From NCBI GenBank assembly GCA_963805625.1, contig CAWDVE010000007.1:1-51457 (forward strand): a stretch of DNA of 51,457 nt, in the 5' to 3' direction. Below the pieces are notes generated by a model. That model saw nothing but the letters and a program-made list of their open reading frames with translations, had not been told where the DNA came from and did not search any database. Shown here piece after piece: positions 40,379 to 50,674 of this stretch. A program made the position numbers and the translations under genes. Each line of letters opens with the position of its first letter. Position 1 is the stretch's first letter. This stretch comes from an uncultured Candidatus Rokubacteria bacterium (GTDB lineage Bacteria; Methylomirabilota; Methylomirabilia; Rokubacteriales; DASRDR01).

Positions 40379-40500
40379 TGTCCGAGAATTGTCCGAGAAC
40401 GGGCGCCATATCTACCCAACGAGGCCCAAGTCAGGGCGGGCGAAAGCCCTGGAGCCACTTGGCCCACGTCGGCGTGGACTGGCAGGGGTCACCGTCGCCG
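40379..40500 (+). repeat. Orphan arm A, tRNA core missing
   Basis: TGTCCGAGAA repeat at 40379 and 40390. Diverged copy of 91-215. Confidence 0.75.
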
Positions 40501-40606
40501 GGTCCAGCGGCACCCCCCAGGGGTTCAAGGCGGCGCTCGAGCGGATCAAGGCACAGGCGCGGATGGGACGGACGACGACCCCGAAGTGACGCGATCTCCA
40601 GGCGCG

Positions 40607-41083
40607 TCAGGGGGCGGCGCCCGCCCAGGGTGTGTGGAGGAGGGTGAACTCGCCGATCGTCCGCTCGCCGGCCGGGCCGACGCCGAGGAGGCCGAGCCGC
40701 GCCCGGCCGGCCGGCAGGGGGCGGATCGCGTCGCCCGGCTCCACGAACACCACCTCGCCGCGCGCGACGTCGACCGGGACGTCGGTCCAGCGCGCACCGA
40801 GGTCGAGGCCCGCCGGCGCCTCGAGGTAGACGAGGTCGACCCGCTCGCCGGCGCGCAGCGGGGCGCGGAGCGTCACGGCGATCAGGTCGTCGTCCGGCCC
40901 GGCCGTGCAGCGGGTCTGGCCGCCGGCCTCGACGACGTGGCGCCGGATGCGCACGCCGTCCCGCTCGAGGCGCGCCAGGAGGGCCGGCGTGAGCACGAGC
41001 GGCACCCGGCCGCGGGCGATCAGCTCCCGGGTCGCCGCGGAAAGCACCCAGTCGGTGCCGGGACTCAGCCGGCATTTCGGCAT
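40607..41083 (-). CDS. Hypothetical protein, possibly 5'-truncated
   Basis: High GC3, protein-like sequence ending GEFTLLHTPW. Confidence 0.45.
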   Translation of the reverse strand: MPKCRLSPGTDWVLSAATRELIARGRVPLVLTPALLARLERDGVRIRRHVVEAGGQTRCTAGPDDDLIAVTLRAPLRAGERVDLVYLEAPAGLDLGARWTDVPVDVARGEVVFVEPGDAIRPLPAGRARLGLLGVGPAGERTIGEFTLLHTPWAGAAP

Positions 41084-41269
41084 GGAGACGGTGACCCGCG
41101 GCGCCCCTCACCGGGGAGGCGCGCTCCGACGGATTCGCTTCGAACGTACGCTGACCGGCCGCGGCGCCGGGAAGGCGATGATGGGTGAAATCGTGACTCC
41201 CTTGCCGGAGATCTGGGGCGGGCTGCTGAGCGGCCAGGGCAAGCGATGGGTCCTGGCCAATCGCGCTAC

Positions 41270-41390
41270 TCCCACGCCCAGCAGCGGCTCCGAACGGGCA
41301 GTCCTGGCAAGCCCAGCCGAGGGTCGGGTGGAAGACCCCAGCCTCGGTCGTGTGGAGGACCTTTGCGACCAGGAAGAGCCGCTGGTCGTT
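41270..41390 (-). pseudogene. PD-(D/E)XK (Cas4/AddB-like) nuclease C-terminal fragment
   Basis: EAGVFHPTLGWACQDCPF, then after a frameshift SRCWAW (CxxC..C motif). Confidence 0.6.
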
Positions 41391-41400
41391 CCCTATTCGG

Positions 41401-41558
41401 AGGCTCGAATCCCGGTGACATGCCGGTGCCAAACTCCACCGAACTCCCCCGCACCCAGCCGACCATCGGTCCGGCCGCCTCGCAGGCAATTCATGGGATT
41501 AGATCGCCTGAGTGTTTGGGAGATCGGTCCCAGAACCACCTCCCTTCACGGCTCACCA
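41401..41558 (+). repeat. Arm C plus internally deleted tRNA 3' end (att11)
   Basis: CGGTG(A/C)C repeat at 41413 and 41424. ctc|ccttcacggctcacca. Confidence 0.82.
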
Positions 41559-41559
41559 C

Positions 41560-43233
41560 TCAATCCACGCCGTCAGGGGCGGCCTCCGAGGGCCGCCCCT
41601 CCGCTTTCAAGCCGAGTTCCTGCATCGCCACTTCGCGCAGCCGGAACTTCTGCACCTTGCCGCTGGAGGTCATGGGGAATTCCTTGATGAAGAGGATATG
41701 GCGGGGGATCTTGAAGCTGGCGAGCTTGCCCCGGCAAAAGTCGCGCAGGTCGTCCGCCGTCACGCTTTTCTCCGGGTTGACGACGACGCAGGCCGCGCCG
41801 ACCTCGTTGAGGCGTTGGTCGGGCACACCGACCACCTTGACTTGGTTGACCGCCGGGTGCTTCAGGAGAAAGGCCTCGACCTCGACGGGATCGACGTTTT
41901 CGCCACCCACCTTGAGCATGTCCTTGTAGCGGCCGAGGAAGCGCACCATGCCATCCTCGCGGAGGATGGCCAGATCCCCCGTGTGCAGCCAACCCTCTGC
42001 ATCGATCGCCCGGGCCGTTTCCTCGGGTTGCCGGTAGTAGCCCTGCATGACGGCGTACGCCCGCACGCACAGCTCGCCCATCATGCCCGAGGGCAGACAC
42101 TGCCCAGTCGCGGGATCGATGATCTTGAACTCGTGGCGCGGCAGCGGCCATCCCGACCCCAGGCAGCGGTCATCCTCCGGAGAATCCAGAAAGGACAGCA
42201 ACGCTGCGACCCCCACCTCCGTCATCCCCCACCCGGTCAACGTCTTACAGAGGGCCCGTTGTGTCTTGCGTGCCACCGGTTCAGTGCTCGCCATGCCGGC
42301 GGCGAAGATACCAGTACGCAGGGAGCTACGGTCAGTCGTGGCGCACCGAGGATGATCCACCAGGTCGTGAAAGTGGGTATCGAAGCCATGCAACATGGTG
42401 ACCTTCTCACGCGCGATCAAAGCCAGCGCCTCGCCGGGCTCGAAGAGTGTCGTCAGCACCATCCGGGCTCCGGTTACCGCGGACATCAAGGGCCCTTCAT
42501 ACAGGCCGAACGCATGGAAGAGGGGCAGATACATCAGGATGACATCGCGTGGCGTCACGCCCATGCGATTGGCTTCGTCGACGACGTTGCGCAAGAGGCG
42601 ATGATTGTGCATCACCCCCTTCGGGAAGCCCGTCGTGCCCGACGTGTACATGACTAGAACGGTCTCATCTGGATCGACGGCACGGGCGCGGGCTTCGAGC
42701 ACGGCAGCGGGCACGTCATTCCCACGCCTCACGACGTCGCCCCACGCGTGTGTCCCCGGAAAGCGCTGTGTCCCCACCACGATCACGCGTCTGAGATCGG
42801 GCAACCGCGCTGCCCTGATGTCATCGGCGCCGACGTGGTCGAGCTCGGGGCACAGCTCCCGTACCACATCGAAGTACCTGACTGGGCCTGCACGATCGAC
42901 GGTGATCAGCGTAGTGCTATTCGAGTGGCGTACGACGTACTCGAGGTCGGCGGTCCCGAATCGGGTATTGATGGGGACGAGGAGGGCGCCGATCTTCATC
43001 ACCGCGAACATGAGATGCAGCCATTCGGGGCGATTGGGCATCCACAGGGACACCTTCTCTCCCGGCTGAATGCCGAGCGCGAGCAATCCTTTGGCGGCAC
43101 GAGTGGTGTCAGCCTGGAGGTCGGTGAACGACCAGCGTTGACCTTCATAGCACAGCGCTTCACGGGAACCGAAGTGAATGGCGGCGCGATCAACCAATGT
43201 CCCTAATGCCCCTTTTTCGAACCAGTCCCCCAT
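41560..43233 (-). CDS. Acyl-CoA synthetase (AMP-binding)
   Basis: MYTSGTTGFPKG, WGMTE, WLHTGDL, KVGGENV, MTSSGKVQK. Confidence 0.92.
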   Translation of the reverse strand: MGDWFEKGALGTLVDRAAIHFGSREALCYEGQRWSFTDLQADTTRAAKGLLALGIQPGEKVSLWMPNRPEWLHLMFAVMKIGALLVPINTRFGTADLEYVVRHSNSTTLITVDRAGPVRYFDVVRELCPELDHVGADDIRAARLPDLRRVIVVGTQRFPGTHAWGDVVRRGNDVPAAVLEARARAVDPDETVLVMYTSGTTGFPKGVMHNHRLLRNVVDEANRMGVTPRDVILMYLPLFHAFGLYEGPLMSAVTGARMVLTTLFEPGEALALIAREKVTMLHGFDTHFHDLVDHPRCATTDRSSLRTGIFAAGMASTEPVARKTQRALCKTLTGWGMTEVGVAALLSFLDSPEDDRCLGSGWPLPRHEFKIIDPATGQCLPSGMMGELCVRAYAVMQGYYRQPEETARAIDAEGWLHTGDLAILREDGMVRFLGRYKDMLKVGGENVDPVEVEAFLLKHPAVNQVKVVGVPDQRLNEVGAACVVVNPEKSVTADDLRDFCRGKLASFKIPRHILFIKEFPMTSSGKVQKFRLREVAMQELGLKAEGRPSEAAPDGVD

Positions 43234-43368
43234 GTCAGCGCCCCGGGTTCCGATCCTAGGCGGTCGCTAGCCCCGTTTCTCGATCCCCGCCTCCCGTGAC
43301 CCCGGCCCTCGGCCGCCGCCGGAGCCATCAGCCGGGCAGTAGCCCGCGCCGCGATGCAGGGGGCAAGC

Positions 43369-46300
43369 TTAGGCGCTTGCGAGCGACTCGAGCAGCCCCC
43401 GTGCATCCTTCAGATCGGCGGTGTCGAACCCTTCCGTGAACCAGCCGTAGACCTCTTCGATGTGCCGCCTCGCCTCGTCCCGCTTGCCCTGTTGCTGGAG
43501 GAGCCGGCCCAGGCTCGTGGCGGCCCGCAACTCGAGCGACCTCGCGCTCTGTCGTCGGGCGATCTCGAGCGCTTGGCGGAAGCACTGTTCCGCGTCGTCG
43601 GGTTTGGGGCTGGCGCTCAGGAGGAGCAGGTCCCCGCGGAGTCGAAGTAGCTCGGCTTCGTTGAAGCGGGCCGCGGTCTCCCGCGCCTGCGCCAGACCGT
43701 GGGCGACGGCCTGGAGCGCTTCGTCGATGCGACCGGCGACGCGGTACGCGTCAGCGAAGGCCGCCCAGCAATGCGGGAACTCGAGGATGGCATCGGAGTT
43801 GCGGCAGATGTCCATCCCCTGACTGATGCGGGCGAGCCCTTGCGCATGCTGTCCTTCGTGCGCCATCGCCCAGCCCTCCTCGACCATGCTGCAGCCGAGC
43901 ATGAACACGTTCGCCTGCTCGGTCGAGAGCCCGATGTTCGTCGCGGCGGCGGCCTTGGCCTCGGGAATCTCGCGGCGGAGGTGATGGATCACGCTCGCGA
44001 ACTGCATCGCGAGGCTCAGGCTGAACGCCTGCGCGAGCTCCCTCGCGAGCGCGATGCCTTCCGCGATACGCCGGGCGGCGCGATCGGGGTAGCCCAGATA
44101 CCAGAGCGCATACGCGGAGAAGATGCGGCACGCGACGCAGGGATCATAGCCCGCGTGCTGGTGGGCGAGGTCGCGGTGCTCGTCGAGGCGATAGAGCGCG
44201 ATCCCCTGCTCCAGGTGCTCCAGCGCTCGGGTGAAGTCGCCGCACCAGTAGAGCGTGTCGCCGAGGACATCGTGGGTGACCAGCCGCAGCGCGGGGTCGT
44301 CGGAGGTCTGGGCCAGTCGGAACAACTCCTCGCCGAGGCCGAGCGCGATCTTCAGCTCGCCGCGCAGCTCGTGAAATTCCCACAGGCCGCGTAGGACGGC
44401 GAAGAGCTCCGGCCGCTCGCCGAGCGCTCGGCATAGCTCGAGCGCCTGCCTATAGTTCGCGCCGACCTCGGGCGAGCCGAGCCCCTTCGTGGACATCAGG
44501 GCCGGCCCGAGCGCCGTGCGCACGGCGAGCTCGCGCTCGAACCGGTCGCGGCTCTCGGGCAACCCCGACAGGACACTCAGCGCCTTCGTGAAGTGGGCGA
44601 TGGCCTCGACATTTGCCGACCGCTCGACGGCCCGCCGCCCGGCGCGCTGCCAGTAGTCGACCGCCTGACCGGCCAGCCCGGCCTCGGTGTAGTGGTGCGC
44701 CACCAGCTCGGGCTGCGTCCCGGCGGTGTCCGGAAACCGGTCGACCAGGGTGTCACCGATGCGCTGATGGAGCTGCTGTCGGCGGCTCACCAGCATCGAC
44801 TGATACGCGGTCTCCTGGATGAGCGCGTGCTTGAAGACATAGGTCGCGTCGGGCGGCACGCCGCGCTGATGGAGCAGATCGGACTCGCCGAGCCGGGCGA
44901 GCGCGCGCCGGAGGGTGGCGTCGTCGATCGCGGCGACGGCGCGCAGCAGCTCGTAGTGAAACGTGCGCCCAAGCGCCGCGCCGATCTGGGCGACCTCCTT
45001 GATCGCGGCCAGGCGGTCGAGCCGGGCCATGAGCGAGTCCTGGAGCGTGGACGGGATCGCGAGCGGAGGCAACGCGTCAACCAACTCGTAGCGGTCGCCC
45101 CGATCGGCGAGCAGATCCGATTCGAGAACCGTGCGCGTGAGCTCCTCCACGAAGAGGGGCACGCCGTCGGTCTTCACCACGATCTGCTGGAGGACTTCGG
45201 CGGGCAAGGGCTTGCCGCCCGCCACCCCCTCGACCATCGCTTCGGTCTGCTTGCGCGTCACGCGGTTGACCGTGAGGTAGGTGAAGTGGCTGCGCGCGGT
45301 CCACGGCGGTCGAAACTCCGGACGCGACGTCATGAGCACCAGGATCGGCGACGCCGCCACTTGTCCGAAGAGGACGTCGACGAGCTCGAGGGTCGACGGG
45401 TCCGCCCAGTGCAGATCCTCGACGATGAGGAGGAGCGGCTGCTCCGCGGCGAGCGCGAGGAGAAGCGCGACGATGGCCTCGAACGTCTTCTCTTTCTGGC
45501 GCTGCGGTGTCAGATCCAGGGTCGGAACCGTGTCGGGAAGCGGCAGGGACAAGAACCCCGCCCACAGCGCGAGCGCTTCGGGCACGGCTAGGCCATACCG
45601 CGCCAGGCGCGCCTCGAGCTTCGCGAACCGCTTGGCGGGCACCTCGTCGCGATCGAACTGAAGCGCGCGCTCGAAGAGGTCGATGAAGGGATAGAGCGCG
45701 CTGTCCTGGTGGTAGGGGGAGCAGCGACACTCCCATCGGGTTGACCGCTCGGCGGCGATGCGCTCCTCCAGGACCCGCACCAGGCGCGACTTGCCGATGC
45801 CGGGCTCACCGCCGAGTAGCACCACGTGACCCCGGTCGTCCTTGACGTGATCCCAGCGGGCGAGGAGCAAGCCGACTTCTTGATCGCGTCCTACCAGCGG
45901 CGTGACGGTCACCGCGGCCGCAGCCTCGCGCGCGTGCGATGTCTGGCCGGCCGCCTCAACCCGATACACGCGCAGTGGGGCCGGCAGGCCCTTGACCACC
46001 TGCGCGCCGAGATCGGCCACCGGGACAGTCCCCCGGAGAAGGCGATGTGTCGCGGCGCTGATCACGACGGTACCGGGCTCGGCGATGGCCTGCAGGCGTG
46101 CCGCGACGTTCGGGGTCTCGCCGAGCGCCAGCGCCTCGCGCCGGCTCGTTCCGCCGATCGCGCCAACCACGACCGGACCCGTGTGGATGCCGATTCGGAC
46201 CGCGAGCGTGAGCCCCTGCTCGCGCTCGAGCCGTGCGTTCAACGGAGCGAGCGCTTCGAGAATCCCGACGGCGGCGCGAACGGCGCGGCGCGGATCATCC

Positions 46301-46749
46301 TCCCGGGCGATCGGATAGCCGAAGTACACGAGCAGACCATCGCCGAGGTACTGGGCGACGTTGCCGTGGAGCTGGCCGATCACGGTGTCACAGACCCCCT
46401 GATAGGACCGGACCACGTCGCGCAGCCGCTCGGGATCGAGCCGCGCGGCCAGCTCGGTCGAGCCGACGAGGTCGCAGAACATCACTGTGAGCTGGCGGCG
46501 TTCGGCCTCCGCGGGCGGTCTCGGCTCGTGAAGAGCCCCGGTGCTATCCGGAGCACTGGCAGGGGCGGGTGCCGGCACGGGTGGCGCGACGGGGCTTGCC
46601 TCCAGCAACGCTCCGCAACGATCGCAAAACTTGCTCCCCGCGTCGACGTTAGCGCCGCAGCTCGAACAGACGGTGGCCAGGAGTGCGCCACAGGCGCGAC
46701 AGAATCGCGCACCCTGTCGGTTCTCGTCGCGGCACCGCAAACAGATCAT
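43369..46749 (-). CDS. Zn-ribbon / adenylate-guanylate cyclase / AAA ATPase / TPR protein
   Basis: AERRQLTVMFCDLVGST, YLGDG, GEPGIGKS, EDLHWAD, WFTEGFDTADL. Confidence 0.92.
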   Translation of the reverse strand: MICLRCRDENRQGARFCRACGALLATVCSSCGANVDAGSKFCDRCGALLEASPVAPPVPAPAPASAPDSTGALHEPRPPAEAERRQLTVMFCDLVGSTELAARLDPERLRDVVRSYQGVCDTVIGQLHGNVAQYLGDGLLVYFGYPIAREDDPRRAVRAAVGILEALAPLNARLEREQGLTLAVRIGIHTGPVVVGAIGGTSRREALALGETPNVAARLQAIAEPGTVVISAATHRLLRGTVPVADLGAQVVKGLPAPLRVYRVEAAGQTSHAREAAAAVTVTPLVGRDQEVGLLLARWDHVKDDRGHVVLLGGEPGIGKSRLVRVLEERIAAERSTRWECRCSPYHQDSALYPFIDLFERALQFDRDEVPAKRFAKLEARLARYGLAVPEALALWAGFLSLPLPDTVPTLDLTPQRQKEKTFEAIVALLLALAAEQPLLLIVEDLHWADPSTLELVDVLFGQVAASPILVLMTSRPEFRPPWTARSHFTYLTVNRVTRKQTEAMVEGVAGGKPLPAEVLQQIVVKTDGVPLFVEELTRTVLESDLLADRGDRYELVDALPPLAIPSTLQDSLMARLDRLAAIKEVAQIGAALGRTFHYELLRAVAAIDDATLRRALARLGESDLLHQRGVPPDATYVFKHALIQETAYQSMLVSRRQQLHQRIGDTLVDRFPDTAGTQPELVAHHYTEAGLAGQAVDYWQRAGRRAVERSANVEAIAHFTKALSVLSGLPESRDRFERELAVRTALGPALMSTKGLGSPEVGANYRQALELCRALGERPELFAVLRGLWEFHELRGELKIALGLGEELFRLAQTSDDPALRLVTHDVLGDTLYWCGDFTRALEHLEQGIALYRLDEHRDLAHQHAGYDPCVACRIFSAYALWYLGYPDRAARRIAEGIALARELAQAFSLSLAMQFASVIHHLRREIPEAKAAAATNIGLSTEQANVFMLGCSMVEEGWAMAHEGQHAQGLARISQGMDICRNSDAILEFPHCWAAFADAYRVAGRIDEALQAVAHGLAQARETAARFNEAELLRLRGDLLLLSASPKPDDAEQCFRQALEIARRQSARSLELRAATSLGRLLQQQGKRDEARRHIEEVYGWFTEGFDTADLKDARGLLESLASA

Positions 46750-47215
46750 GCGGGAGCCTCCAGGATGAGACCGGCTGGTCGCGGCAACCGTAGCATCGCT
46801 CGGCGAAGCGGGTCAAACCCGTTTGACGAGGCGGGAGGATGTGCGAGTTCGCCGGGCGTTCAGGACCGCGGGGAGGAGCACATCAGTCCGACGCGCACTC
46901 TGACCAGACCGGGAACGAAGCTCTGATCGCCGTCCACGCATCAGATGGCGGCTGGTGCGCTAGCCACAAGCTGGTGTGGACGGCACCCGATTGCTCAGAA
47001 AGGCTTTTCTCCTTGAGGCTCCGCACGCGTCAGGGCGCGGTTGCGAGAGTCACTCGGGAACCTCAACGCTCGGGCGTAGAGAGGGCCCGCCGCCGCGCTC
47101 GCTCGGGCTGGCGGCAGTCGATGCGTGGTAGGTGGTCTGAGGCGTGAGGAGATGGTAAGAGATCTACCAAGCGCCAGTGCTACGGCGTACGGATGCGGAT
47201 GAAGAGGAGATCAGG

Positions 47216-47638
47216 ATGGCCGAAGCCAAGCTCGCCCCGAATCTTCCGGATTGGATGGTGGAGCACGCCAACCGCTATCTTTCGAGCGGCGGCACCGACG
47301 GGCACATGTACAAGATGACGCAGCCTGGTCGGCCGGAGATGACCGTGCCGTCTTTGCTGCTGACGACGACGGAGCGGAAGTCAGGAGAGAAGTTCATATT
47401 TCCGCTGTTCTATGGGGAGGTGGGCGACAGCTATTTCGTGGTCGCCTCCAAAGGCGGGGAGCCACACGTGCACCCCGGGCAGATCTGGGCCTCCGAGGAG
47501 TTTCGCGAGCAGCTCGCTCTGACTCCCTCCTTGTGGCGCACGACGCCGGTGCCCGGGCGCGGAGACGACGAGCGGTTCAACGTCAAGAAGGCGACGGAGC
47601 CGGACCTGTGGGTGCGTCTGTACCGGCTTGAATTCTGA
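47216..47638 (+). pseudogene. Chimeric ORF: F420-dependent nitroreductase (DDN) N-part fused to an unrelated C-terminus
   Basis: LLLTTTERKSG..PLFY..VVASKGG, then loses the expected HPxWYxNL motif. Confidence 0.6.
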
Positions 47639-47917
47639 AGGACACCTGTCGCTGTCTACAGATCGACCAGACTCACCGGACACGTGTGATCGAGGAGCAG
47701 TACATCGTCATCACTGATTTGCGCGGCTTCTTTGTCCTGGGCGACGCTGGCGGTGCGGGTGACGCGGAGGGGCCGCGACATCGAGGCGAGCGGCGGCTTC
47801 TTCATCGTGAGATCAGCCTACGGGTGGTCGTAGTGACATGTCAACCTCGTTGCCGAAGACCGTCCCGCCGTGGCTTCCGGACCCTGGCGCCCGTGCCCTT
47901 GCTTTTGATAGTACTAC

Positions 47918-47937
47918 TGTACTAGTATACAAGTACA
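47918..47937. promoter_or_regulatory. Operator-like palindrome
   Basis: TGTACT-N8-AGTACA in a rare AT-rich patch. Confidence 0.4.
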
Positions 47938-48131
47938 CTAACGAATGACCGGCTGGTTGGCGGTTCGTCCTGAGAAGCCATGGGCACCACTCACCCAGTC
48001 ATCAACCGGTGATGGGGAGACCATCTCGTCATCCAACAACCATTGCCGCTCGGAGGCCGCCAATGAGTCCAATGAGTACACAGCCGTTCGTCGTTGTGCC
48101 GAAGAGCTATCGGCATCCGCTGAATGTCGTC

Positions 48132-49022
48132 ATGGCACGGTGGACGTCCCGTTCGGTTATTACGCTGGTGGCGATGCTCCAGATCGGTTGCGCCTCGCTC
48201 GACCGAAGCGCTGGCGCACCCGCCGCCCGACTGCTGGGAGGGGAGACGGAGCTCGGCAAGGGGACCGTGTCAACCTATGCCGAGCGGAATCCCCGGGGTG
48301 AGCCCACGGCGATCGGTGTGGTGTTCTCGGCCACCGCACTGGACGGGTTGCCCCCGGGCGGCTCCGACTTTCATCACTGCGTCGACCGGAACAAGGACGG
48401 GATCGTCGATCGCATGACCGAGTGCATCCAGACCTACGAATATGTCATTCCCTTGCCGGACGCGGTTGCCCGACGGGGGGACATCCCGTTCAAGTGGGTG
48501 CTCCTGAACTGGAACCCGGCCGGCCACATCCCTCCAGGGATCTACGACGTCCCCCACTTCGATATCCATTTCTACATGGAGCCGATTGCGAATGTCTTTG
48601 CGATCGAGTCGGGTCCCTGTGGCCCCGAGTTCATTCGCTGCGACCAGTTCGAGGTGGCCAGGCGGCCACTGCCGGCCAACTATATGCATCCCGACTTCAA
48701 GGACGTGGAAGCCGCGGTGCCGGCGATGGGCAACCACCTCATGGACCTGACGTCACCCGAGTTCAACAAGCAGCCGTTCACACGCACATGGATCTTTGGC
48801 GTGTACGACGGCACGGTCACCTTCTACGAAGAGATGGTGACGCGGGCGTTCCTCATGAGCAAGCCCAACACGTGTTTCCCGATCAAGTCACCGCCGGCGG
48901 TCGCGCGGAGCGGCTTCTACCCGACGCAATCCTGCCTCCGACACGATGCGCGGACCGGGGAGTATGCCGTTTCGATGGAGACATTCGTCTTCCGGGAGGC
49001 GCAGCGGCTGGCAACACCGTAG
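48132..49022 (+). CDS. Putative lipoprotein, DUF5602-like
   Basis: Lipobox-like IGC, LNWNPAGHIPPGIYDVPHFDIHFY, VPAMGNH, TFYEEMVT. Confidence 0.7.
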   Translation: MARWTSRSVITLVAMLQIGCASLDRSAGAPAARLLGGETELGKGTVSTYAERNPRGEPTAIGVVFSATALDGLPPGGSDFHHCVDRNKDGIVDRMTECIQTYEYVIPLPDAVARRGDIPFKWVLLNWNPAGHIPPGIYDVPHFDIHFYMEPIANVFAIESGPCGPEFIRCDQFEVARRPLPANYMHPDFKDVEAAVPAMGNHLMDLTSPEFNKQPFTRTWIFGVYDGTVTFYEEMVTRAFLMSKPNTCFPIKSPPAVARSGFYPTQSCLRHDARTGEYAVSMETFVFREAQRLATP

Positions 49023-49224
49023 CCGCTCTGACCCGGAGGGCTGACGAGGCCTCCAGACTGGACGTCCACGCTCAAGTACCACGGTCGCCGCCAGGGGGGC
49101 GAAACTTAGGCCATATCGGAAGCCGGCACTTGAGCACCCAGTTGGCACCGACTACCACCAGTTGGATGCTGTCGAGTCAACCCGAGAACGTGGATTAACG
49201 AACGTGAACATGAGGAGGCACACC

Positions 49225-50169
49225 ATGGCCGACAGGAAAGTCATTGCGGTGGTAGGCGCGACAGGCGCCCAGGGAGGCGGCCTGGTCCGCGCCATTCTCG
49301 CCGACCCGAATGGCGGCTTCGCCTGCAGAGCCGTCACCCGTGATCCGAGCAAAGATCAGGCAAGAGCCCTCGCGGCCAAGGGTGTAGAAGTCGTGAAGGC
49401 CGATCTCGACGACGTGGAGAGCCTCAAGAAGGCGTTCGCGGGCGCTTACGGCGCCTACTGTGTTACCAACTTCTGGGAGCACTTCTCCGGAGAGAAGGAG
49501 AAGACTCAGGCCAAGAATATGGCTGAGGCGGCGGGGATGGCCGGGCTCACGCATGTGATCTGGTCGACGCTCGAAGACACGCGGAAGCTGATGGGTCCGA
49601 GCGATACGCGGATGCCGATGCTTCAGGAGAAATACCGCGTTCCGCACTTTGACGCCAAGGCTGAAGCGAATGCCTATTTTGCAGGCCTCCCCGTCACGTA
49701 CCTGGTGGCGTCGTTCTACTGGGACAACCTGTACGCGTTCGGCCTGGGCCCCAAGAAGGGGGATGACAGTGTGTACAGCTGGGCGTTCCCGATGGGCAAC
49801 AAGCGGCTGGCCGGCATCGCCGCTGAGGACATCGGTAAGGTCGCCTACGGCATCTTCAAGGCCGGGCCGCAGTACATCGGCAAGACCGTCGGCATCGTCG
49901 GCGAAAACCTGACCCTCAATCAGATGAGCGAGAAGCTTTCGACGGGCCTCGGCATCGTTGTCAAGTACCACGCCGTCGAGGCGGACGTCTATCGCGGCCT
50001 CGGCTTCCCCGGCGCCGATGAGATGGGCAACATGTTCCAGGTCTATCGCGACTTCGAGAAGGAGGTCCTCGGTGCGCGAAGCCTCGACGTCACGCGATCG
50101 CTCGATCCGTCGGTGCAGACCTTCGATCAGTGGCTCGCCAAGAACAGGAGCAAGATGCCTCTGGCGTAG
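49225..50169 (+). CDS. NmrA/HSCARG family NAD(P)-binding protein
   Basis: RBS GAGGAGG, VVGATGAQGGG, VPHFDAK. Confidence 0.92.
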   Translation: MADRKVIAVVGATGAQGGGLVRAILADPNGGFACRAVTRDPSKDQARALAAKGVEVVKADLDDVESLKKAFAGAYGAYCVTNFWEHFSGEKEKTQAKNMAEAAGMAGLTHVIWSTLEDTRKLMGPSDTRMPMLQEKYRVPHFDAKAEANAYFAGLPVTYLVASFYWDNLYAFGLGPKKGDDSVYSWAFPMGNKRLAGIAAEDIGKVAYGIFKAGPQYIGKTVGIVGENLTLNQMSEKLSTGLGIVVKYHAVEADVYRGLGFPGADEMGNMFQVYRDFEKEVLGARSLDVTRSLDPSVQTFDQWLAKNRSKMPLA

Positions 50170-50186
50170 GTGAAGGCGGGGCGCTG

Positions 50187-50450
50187 GAAAGGCGGGTCAG
50201 GCGCCCCGCCCGGGCGATGAGAAGAAACCGCAGGGTGCGCAGGCTGCGGATCACGTAGGCATACGTCCGTTTCCGGGACCGCGGCTTCGGCTCCGCCAGG
50301 GTGTCCAGCTGGAAGCTCCGGATCAGGTTGTGGGCGAGGATGCCGAGTTGCTGCCAGATGCTGTTGGCGGCGTAGTGCTTCGTGGGCACGACGTCGAGCG
50401 CGTACTCCCCTTTGAGTTCGCGATGGTCTTCTCCTGGGCCCCGGCCGCAG
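50187..50450 (-). mobile_element. IS1380-family transposase fragment
   Basis: DVVPTKHYAANSIWQQLGILAHNL, paralogous to 51027-51457. Confidence 0.75.
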
Positions 50451-50456
50451 CTGTCT

Positions 50457-50467
50457 GCGGCTCACCA
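50457..50467 (+). repeat. att12 remnant (tRNA acceptor 3' end)
   Basis: gcggctcacca followed by a GC hairpin at 50493-50515. Confidence 0.55.
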
Positions 50468-50536
50468 CCAAATCCACGTGGTTACTGTAAGTGGCGGCTC
50501 CGGGGCCGCCCCCGCCTTCCTGGTCCGAGTTCGTGG

Positions 50537-50674
50537 TCAGGGACGGGCTAGGCTCGGCAACGGGACCACGGTGGGGCCCGGGGCCTGCTGACCGACACAG
50601 TCCGCGTGCCGGATGGCGGCTTGGCGAAGGTCGCCCGCGTTGATGATGTGGTACCGGTCGAAGACGGAGCGGTC
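50537..50674 (-). pseudogene. Tyrosine integrase C-terminal remnant
   Basis: Translates DRSVFDRYHIINAGDLRQAAIRHADCVGQQAPGPTVVPL, matching the catalytic-Tyr box of phage-type integrases. Confidence 0.7.
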
